NCBI GenBank assembly: GCA_024405895.1
Contig: JAKSNW010000004.1
Location: 32,827-96,826 of the forward strand
Length of the DNA: 64,000 nucleotides
Direction: 5' to 3'
Origin: Paludibacteraceae bacterium
GTDB lineage: Bacteria > Bacteroidota > Bacteroidia > Bacteroidales > Paludibacteraceae
This document shows positions 41,699 through 47,642 of this stretch, piece by piece. Each line of letters opens with the position of its first letter. The stretch's first letter is position 1. The position numbers and the translations under genes are program-made. A model generated the notes under the pieces. That model did no database searches, was not told where the DNA came from, and saw only the letters and a list, made by a program, of their open reading frames with translations.

Positions 41699-42115
41699 TT
41701 ACGCAGCGAACCGTTTCTTGCGGATCGTTTCCATGCAACGTCTTGTGCCGACAATGGAAAAACGAATTGCGGTCAGGTCCTCTGTACGACCATTTTTCTT
41801 ATGGTTTGCTTGTGCCTGGCGTTTCTCGACAATGCGTCTTAGAATGCGGTTTTGGACTTTGGTAGATTGTGATTGAGATTTGCTGTTGAGATTCAGGAAA
41901 ATCCCGTCCAGCACTTCCGTTTCAATCTTTTTGGTTGTGACATCACACACCTCTTTCGCTGATGCAGAGCGATATCTCCTGGTTTTCTCGATTCTTTCCC
42001 AATTTTGGTTGGTTTTGTGACAGGCGTTTGCTGCGCTCTGTTTCTTCTTTGCGTTGTCTACTTTTTGGTTCATTGTCTTCATTGTGTCTTTGTTTGCGTT
42101 TGACTTTTGTTTCAT
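41699..42115 (-). CDS. small, very basic hypothetical protein
   Basis: 138 aa from the ATG at 42115 (MKQKSNANKDTMKTMNQK...). It is K/R/N/Q-rich and has its own promoter P2 upstream. Coding status is uncertain. Confidence 0.4.
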   Translation of the reverse strand: MKQKSNANKDTMKTMNQKVDNAKKKQSAANACHKTNQNWERIEKTRRYRSASAKEVCDVTTKKIETEVLDGIFLNLNSKSQSQSTKVQNRILRRIVEKRQAQANHKKNGRTEDLTAIRFSIVGTRRCMETIRKKRFAA

Positions 42116-42187
42116 AGTGTCTTGATTTATTGTCCCCCACAAAAAAATGCAGCGCCAACTCCGAGGTGGTGCCGAAGTTTGACGCTG

Positions 42188-42260
42188 CAAAAGTAGTACG
42201 TTTATTGCTAATAGAACAATGTATTTGCAACTATAATGGTACCTGTAAAATTGGAACCAT
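42188..42260 (-). promoter_or_regulatory. promoter P2: -7 box TACTTTTG plus the upstream inverted repeat ATGGTAC-N11-GAACCAT
   Basis: The -7 box is at 42188..42195. Half-sites are at 42236..42242 and 42254..42260, with the same 41-nt offset. The 18-nt block TTTGACGCTGCAAAAGTA is identical to P1. Confidence 0.6.
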
Positions 42261-42274
42261 TTAAATACAGTGAA

Positions 42275-43315
42275 TTATCTAAATAATTGTGAGAATTTAA
42301 TCTTATCTTTTATTTCCCAATTTGAAGTGTTGCCATTCACATTCGAATGTTTATTGTTGTATTCTTGATACCATAGAATAACATCGCATAATTGAAGCGC
42401 ATAGCTCTTTAGCAAATATGATGTGTTACCTACATTCTTTAAATATTCTTGAAGGTGCTTGTTCTCATCATCATCATTGGACGAAGTATGAACATCAGAA
42501 CCTGCAGTATGGATCATATGAATCATGTTATCTTGTATAATCTTTGGGAAGACCGTATGATTGACTTCAACAACAGTCGTTTTGTTTTCATCTCGTCCAT
42601 ATGTAACTGGATAACCACTTAGAATAAGATTAGAACATTTTAAGTTTATTTTTTTTTGCCGCGGAAGAAGTCCTTTTTCTATCATGGATCTGAAAATATA
42701 CTCTACGATTTGACGTACTTTTTTGTATTTATCGTTATAATCTTTATTATCAAGTTCAGGAAAATGTATTTCGGATAACAAGTCAGTAAGATAAATATCA
42801 GCATCTGTGTCAATACCTAGATTTGTTATTGCTTCAAATACAGTTTTGTACATTTCATGTATCTTCAAGTCTGCTGAGCGTGATTGACGAGTTGTATACC
42901 TAATACGACGGAATAGAAGATCTCTGTCTGTATTCTTGTCATAAAATGTTTTTTCCCAATCACCATCCCATACATTTCTTGTCTCAGGAATAAGTTCTTT
43001 GATGTCGGTCTCTGCCTGACCCGATAATACATACCACGGAATAAAACGCTGCCCATGGCAGATATTGGTGATAGCGTTCGTCGCATTAATCAGAAAGCGA
43101 GTCGCATTGTCCACACTGTCTTTATGATGCTTGCATTTTGCATCAAGTATAATGGCAGACCAGCGATTGTGGTCACGTTTAAGAGCAGCTTCTGCGTCAT
43201 CCCAACAGTCAAATGCGACTAATTCAAGACCATATTTTGCTGCTTCCATTGGGAATGTTAATCTAACTTCAGGATCATCTTCAACCCATAAAACTTGTAT
43301 GTATTCTATATTCAT
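42275..43315 (-). CDS. response-regulator receiver domain fused to an unrecognised C-terminal domain
   Basis: 346 aa. The N-terminus is CheY-like (IQVLWVEDDPEVR...WSAIILDAKC...WYVLSGQ). Residues from about 140 to 346 are helical with no family I can name. Confidence 0.8.
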   Translation of the reverse strand: MNIEYIQVLWVEDDPEVRLTFPMEAAKYGLELVAFDCWDDAEAALKRDHNRWSAIILDAKCKHHKDSVDNATRFLINATNAITNICHGQRFIPWYVLSGQAETDIKELIPETRNVWDGDWEKTFYDKNTDRDLLFRRIRYTTRQSRSADLKIHEMYKTVFEAITNLGIDTDADIYLTDLLSEIHFPELDNKDYNDKYKKVRQIVEYIFRSMIEKGLLPRQKKINLKCSNLILSGYPVTYGRDENKTTVVEVNHTVFPKIIQDNMIHMIHTAGSDVHTSSNDDDENKHLQEYLKNVGNTSYLLKSYALQLCDVILWYQEYNNKHSNVNGNTSNWEIKDKIKFSQLFR

Positions 43316-43335
43316 TTTATAATATTATAAGTGTT

Positions 43336-43363
43336 AAGGCCAGAGGAAATATCCTCCGGCCTT
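43336..43363 (-). other. intercistronic hairpin between the kinase and receiver genes
   Basis: 12-bp stem AAGGCCAGAGGA / TCCTCCGGCCTT with one mismatch and a 4-nt loop. There is no good U tract on the minus strand. Confidence 0.5.
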
Positions 43364-43376
43364 TATTTTCAAAATG

Positions 43377-45932
43377 TCAAAGTGATAACACAGTATTTGT
43401 ACGTTTGAATGTTAGTACATATTTTACTGTGTAGTCCTCGTTTGGTGACGATATGATTTTCACATCTCCATCATATTCCTTCATTATAGAAACAATCTCA
43501 GAGCAACCAATGCCATTATGACCATTGATGTTGAGTGAAGTGCTGAATCCATACTCCAAAATGTTTGATGTGTCAACCCCATCTGGTATGGATTTTCCGT
43601 TGTTTTCTATGGTAAGTACCATGTCCATACCTGTTGCTTCCCAAGAGAACTTAACCTTGTAATCCTTATTTAGAGGGTTATTAAATCCATGAGCGACAGC
43701 ATTTGCAATGATGTTGTCAAAGATTCGAGTAAGAGCTCTTTTGGGGAAATAAAAAGTGTTGATAGGTTCACCTTTTCTCAAAACAAATCCACTTTTATGA
43801 AAGTCTATTGGAGAACGATTTGTAATAAAATTCTCCCAACCTGTAAGAGCGGAAAATCCCAACCAACCAGCCTTGTTTGATTGAATATATGAGTTTATGA
43901 ACTCTATAGGTTCTATGTATTCTGGTTTACCGAAATCCTCTTCTACATCGGATATCGCAGCCAGTTTAACTTGTATGCTCTTCAACCGACTTTCTAGGTA
44001 AGCAAATGCATCAGCAACAGTTAGGTCATTTATCTCAGATAGTCTGTCGCTATCATCAAGGAAACCACTTTGTCTTCTTCGGCAATTCATCAATGCATTA
44101 AACATAGACCCAAAGGAAGAAAGAGATTGTGTAAGAGCATGTTTCCTCAGTCTCACAGACTTTCGGTAATTTTCATATTGGATCACCCCTTCTTGTTTCT
44201 GTTGCTCTATGGTTTCGTAGAGTTTTTTTTGCATTCGTTCGTGTTGTTGAAGTGTGGCTTGCTTAAACACCTCCAAACTGAATTTGAATGTGTCACTCGG
44301 TGCATTAAGAATCTCGCCTGAAGACTGGGACCCTGAACGAGGAACTGCAGCTTCAACTTGTTGTTGCAGGATTGCCTCAAACTCAAGTTTCCAATTAATG
44401 TCCTCGTGATAGAGAGGAATAACTTTAATTTTGCCAAGAAGGTTGTTGTCAAACTTTCTCATGAGTTTTCCAACACTCATTGCTATAATTTGTTTAACAA
44501 CATAGTCTTCTAATAGAAGCAAGGTCGCTGATGCAACATTAGTACTTACAACTTTAAAGCAACAAATACGTGAAGAAACAGCTACACCGGTCAGGGGGAC
44601 TTCAGATAAATAACCCACCAAAAGTTTTTCACCATTGGAACACATGAAAACGCAAGGTGTTGTAACAACTGCAAAATCTTCCTTTTTTCCGCTATCGTAT
44701 ACGGGTGATAGGTCTGCAACAGAAATGTTTGCATACTTAAACGAAGTCGTTAGGTTTTTAATGGTTACAGCAGGCATAGCATCTTTTGTAGCATGAGTGT
44801 TTAGATCTGCAATAGCCAATACATTGTTCAAGCCTATAGCAAATTTAGGTTTTTCCAACAGGTAGTGCGCTGGTAAAAGTATGTCTGCATCAACCTTGTT
44901 GTAAGGTATTCTCTTGCAAATGTCCGCATTTCCCTTTATCTCAGTATGCAGAATTGCCTCCGTAAATCTTTCAACGTCAAAACGTTTGAGGTTGGATTTT
45001 ACGCCATAGGCACGAGTTGCAAACGTTGCATCAGCCATAACAACCCCAGCGAACTCGGATTCAGTCTTATTTTTGTCAAGACACATGACAAAAAATGAGC
45101 CGTTAGATGTACTGAAAATGTCAGAAGGTAACTGTACAATTGCCTCAAGAGACTTGTCTCTTACAATCATCTTTCTGAAATCTTGCTCAATTTCTCCCAT
45201 GGCTCCTAAAGTGTGCGGTGATACAATGGCAATCATTCTGCCAGTGGGTCTCAAAGCAGCATATAGGTTATGAAGTGATGAATCAAATACATCACAATGA
45301 CTAAGAATACAGTCAACAGATTCAAATGATGGGTGTGGCATCTGTAAAGATTCCGGACTCTTAGGGTATGCTATGTCATAGTCTATACCATTTGCTTGAA
45401 GTCGAATGTTACAAAAAGCCCAAATCCTAGGAGAAGAGACATTACCAGAAATTTTGCATTGCGGAAATCTTAAAGCAAGATCACCATATTCAACATAAGG
45501 AATATAAAGTTTCTCTTCTTCTTCATAATGCAATAATTTAGTCATTAAATCGCATAACTCATTAGAATATTCAAAGAGTGAAATGTCAAGCCACCGCCAT
45601 TCATCACGAAGCGAGAAAATGTGGTTGATGGTTTCTTTATGATGAGAAACAAGATATTCCAATTCTTGTTCTGTGAGTATGTTTTTCTTGAAGGAATCTA
45701 TGAAATAAATCAACTCATTAAAAAGAAGTCCTTCCTTTGGTTCTCCGTTCACAACAGACCATAGTTTGGCAAGAAGTTGTTGGTGTGGAGCATCAACAAA
45801 ACCTAAGGGTAGGTCTACTTCTGGAATCGGCGAATTCAAATCCTTGTACTCTGGTGAGGCCTCCAATTGAGCATTTACTGCGCTTACATACTTGGCTACG
45901 ATAGCCTCTACTGAAAAGTAGTTGTTTTGCAT
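43377..45932 (-). CDS. cytoplasmic histidine kinase fused to an HsdM-like (degenerate) N6-methyltransferase and a TRD-like module
   Basis: First ATG at 45932 (MQNNYF...); the track start at 45953 is a TTG. MTase-like segments: LRPTGRMIAIVSPHTLG, LEAIVQLPSDIF..FFVMCLDKNK and VVMADATFATRAYGVKSNLKRFDVERF. A TRD-like region follows, then RLRKHALTQSL (candidate phospho-His) and GHKL boxes (NIIANAVAHG, ENNGKSIP, GHNGIGCSEI). Confidence 0.8.
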   Translation of the reverse strand: MQNNYFSVEAIVAKYVSAVNAQLEASPEYKDLNSPIPEVDLPLGFVDAPHQQLLAKLWSVVNGEPKEGLLFNELIYFIDSFKKNILTEQELEYLVSHHKETINHIFSLRDEWRWLDISLFEYSNELCDLMTKLLHYEEEEKLYIPYVEYGDLALRFPQCKISGNVSSPRIWAFCNIRLQANGIDYDIAYPKSPESLQMPHPSFESVDCILSHCDVFDSSLHNLYAALRPTGRMIAIVSPHTLGAMGEIEQDFRKMIVRDKSLEAIVQLPSDIFSTSNGSFFVMCLDKNKTESEFAGVVMADATFATRAYGVKSNLKRFDVERFTEAILHTEIKGNADICKRIPYNKVDADILLPAHYLLEKPKFAIGLNNVLAIADLNTHATKDAMPAVTIKNLTTSFKYANISVADLSPVYDSGKKEDFAVVTTPCVFMCSNGEKLLVGYLSEVPLTGVAVSSRICCFKVVSTNVASATLLLLEDYVVKQIIAMSVGKLMRKFDNNLLGKIKVIPLYHEDINWKLEFEAILQQQVEAAVPRSGSQSSGEILNAPSDTFKFSLEVFKQATLQQHERMQKKLYETIEQQKQEGVIQYENYRKSVRLRKHALTQSLSSFGSMFNALMNCRRRQSGFLDDSDRLSEINDLTVADAFAYLESRLKSIQVKLAAISDVEEDFGKPEYIEPIEFINSYIQSNKAGWLGFSALTGWENFITNRSPIDFHKSGFVLRKGEPINTFYFPKRALTRIFDNIIANAVAHGFNNPLNKDYKVKFSWEATGMDMVLTIENNGKSIPDGVDTSNILEYGFSTSLNINGHNGIGCSEIVSIMKEYDGDVKIISSPNEDYTVKYVLTFKRTNTVLSL

Positions 45933-45964
45933 AGAAAAATGTTTTTGTTTCAATTTTGACGCTG

Positions 45965-46036
45965 CAAAAGTACTTTATTTTTACAGTGCTTGTAACCAAA
46001 ATTATCGATATATTGGTTCCTATATATTGGGAACCA
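45965..46036 (-). promoter_or_regulatory. promoter P1: -7 box TACTTTTG plus the upstream inverted repeat TTGGTTC-N11-GAACCA(T)
   Basis: The -7 box is at 45965..45972. Half-sites are at 46013..46019 and 46031..46037 (the last base is a mismatch). The offset from the box is 41 nt. Confidence 0.6.
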
Positions 46037-46041
46037 TTCCT

Positions 46042-47127
46042 TTAGTTTGTTTTAGGATATAAATCAGCTAATTCATGTATACGTTGCGCCATTTTGTGGC
46101 GAATGGTATCTGGTGAAATAATCTCTAATCCTGCTCCCATCTGTATTATATGCCCATAGAATTCGTTGTTCGGCTCGACATCAACCGAGAACTCTGCATA
46201 CTCTCCATCGTCATACAAGCCAAAAGGTTTCACAACATTATAACTCTGATGAAGTGGCTTTGTGTCCATTAGTTTAAATATATATAATGTTCGAGCGCGA
46301 ATAATAATATGTTCTTTCTGGACATCCTTCATGTGGCTTACGCCAACAATATCCTTGAAGAACTCATCATAGAAATGCTTTGGTGCTGGTACATATTTTA
46401 CTTTTGATCTCTCACGAGGTTTTGATTGTATTCTATCAAGAGCTATGTTATAGCCATATACCGGTTTCTTTCCTTCAGCATGACCAAACAGATGCCATCT
46501 GCCGTTATATTCCTTCAGATAGTGCGGGTGAAACAATAGCATAACAGATTCCTCCTCAAAAGGCTTATAGTTTATCTGTAGTACCTTTTTATTAGTAATC
46601 GCTTCATATATGAAAGGCAGAAATTCTATGTTTGTCAAAATACGGTCAAGACTAGCATTGATTACCAACTCTCCTTTCTGTCGCCGAGCCTTTATGTCCA
46701 ACAAATCCTGACAATCCATGAAGAAGTATTCCAACCAAGATTTTGGGAAGAAACCAGCAGAATCCTGACAGAACTTCCAATACTGTCGAAGGTTATTGAT
46801 AGCCTTAGCGTTGCGCATGTCAGCGAGAGGATCATTGTCTTTGCCTATATAACGGAAGCATTTGTTTCGGTTGTTGCCTTCCTCTTCAAAGCAATCGTTG
46901 CCTACCTTCTCGCAAATGGCTTTCTTCAATATGCCAACAGTCTTCTTAAGTTCACCATATCCTTCACAGTTAGATAGGTTGGATGGTAGTTCATTTACAG
47001 AACAACCTAATCTGTCGGCCATAATATTAGCATAAGTAAACCACCGGCGACTTATTAACCACCGATAGGTTATTCTTGAAAATTCGGCTTTATAACTGTC
47101 GCCGTCAAAGAGGTTACTACGTTGCAT
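46042..47127 (-). CDS. WYL domain-containing putative transcriptional regulator (paralog B)
   Basis: 361 aa. VLQINYKPFEEESVMLLFHPHYLKEYNGRWHLFGH...YNIALDRIQSKPR fits the WYL-domain signature, and a C-terminal WCX-like region follows. Confidence 0.8.
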   Translation of the reverse strand: MQRSNLFDGDSYKAEFSRITYRWLISRRWFTYANIMADRLGCSVNELPSNLSNCEGYGELKKTVGILKKAICEKVGNDCFEEEGNNRNKCFRYIGKDNDPLADMRNAKAINNLRQYWKFCQDSAGFFPKSWLEYFFMDCQDLLDIKARRQKGELVINASLDRILTNIEFLPFIYEAITNKKVLQINYKPFEEESVMLLFHPHYLKEYNGRWHLFGHAEGKKPVYGYNIALDRIQSKPRERSKVKYVPAPKHFYDEFFKDIVGVSHMKDVQKEHIIIRARTLYIFKLMDTKPLHQSYNVVKPFGLYDDGEYAEFSVDVEPNNEFYGHIIQMGAGLEIISPDTIRHKMAQRIHELADLYPKTN

Positions 47128-47282
47128 TTTATTAATATTCTTAGTGAGGTGTTTTTATATTTTTCTTGTATCGATGTTAGAATCTTGTTCGTTGTAGGAT
47201 TCTTCCCTTATTGGCAGGAAAACCAGACGCCAGTTTTACCATTCCCCATTAATGCTCCTTTGATTCTATTTAGATTTTCCAT
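47128..47282 (-). pseudogene. possible decayed XRE-type HTH ORF with an in-frame TAA
   Basis: Minus-strand translation from the ATG at 47282 gives MENLNRIKGALMGNGKTGVWFSCQ*GKNPTTNKILTS... . It resembles the Bacteroidota XRE N-terminus NRIK..L.E.GKT.KWLAEQLGK.P.TVSKW. The stop at 47208..47210 sits where Leu is expected. Confidence 0.3.
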
Positions 47283-47304
47283 TTTAATAAATTAATGTTG
47301 AGTG

Positions 47305-47312
47305 CAAAGATA
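47305..47312 (-). promoter_or_regulatory. -7 promoter box (TATCTTTG on the minus strand)
   Basis: CAAAGATA on plus, upstream of the XRE-like remnant and WYL gene B. Confidence 0.35.
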
Positions 47313-47361
47313 CTAAATAATATTGTAACTACAGAACGCAAATGCTATAACGTTTCTTCGA

Positions 47362-47574
47362 TTAATTCTTGTGGTGATGTGTGTTAGAGTTCTTCAAAGT
47401 TTTCTGAGATTCCTTCGTCGATAAACTCTTCGAAACGATTTCCTTTGCATCGGAAGCAGATACCATTATCAATGTGTCAATATTCTTGGAAATATCCAGT
47501 TCCACCACATCTACTACATGGTGTCAAGTGCACTATTTGAAATTCGTCTCTCTCTAATTGTTGAGTGTAGGACA
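47362..47574 (-). pseudogene. small CxxC-CxxC zinc-ribbon-like ORF interrupted by an in-frame TGA
   Basis: My translation gives MSYTQQLERDEFQIVHLTPCSRCGGTGYFQEY*HIDNGICFRCKGNRFEEFIDEGISETLKNSNTHHHKN*. The TGA is at 47476..47478. The second Cys pair lies after the stop in the same frame. Confidence 0.45.
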
Positions 47575-47642
47575 TACCATTACAAGTTAATGATACCATT
47601 ATATAGCATTGATTTTAAGACACTTTATTTCCATTCCTGATA

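Noticed and set aside
43377-45953. A conventional type I or type IIG restriction-modification enzyme
   Set aside because: There is no HsdR or nuclease domain, and no separate HsdS. The apparent motif I and IV positions are degenerate. The C-terminus is a clear GHKL histidine-kinase module rather than a nuclease or a second TRD.
45933-45953. Longer N-termini from the ORF track that start at TTG/GTG. Examples: kinase 45953, purH 8200, GH25 37630, DUF4270-like 53694, RHH 56429, secreted protein 56708.
   Set aside because: In each case an in-frame ATG a few codons downstream gives a canonical N-terminus (a signal peptide or a conserved family start). For the kinase, the predicted -7 box would place the transcription start too close to the TTG.
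47213-47250. A fourth, degenerate copy of the WTGGTWC-N11-GAACCAW operator (TATTGGCAGG...ACCATTCC) upstream of WYL gene B
   Set aside because: Only the outer bases match and the spacing is wrong. It also lies inside the XRE-like remnant ORF and downstream of the only -7 box there, so it is probably coincidental.
47476-47478. Selenocysteine or recoded TGA in the zinc-ribbon ORF
   Set aside because: I saw no SECIS-like hairpin immediately downstream, and TGA is used as a normal stop elsewhere in the window (for example GH25 and miaA). A TGG to TGA nonsense mutation is the simpler explanation.
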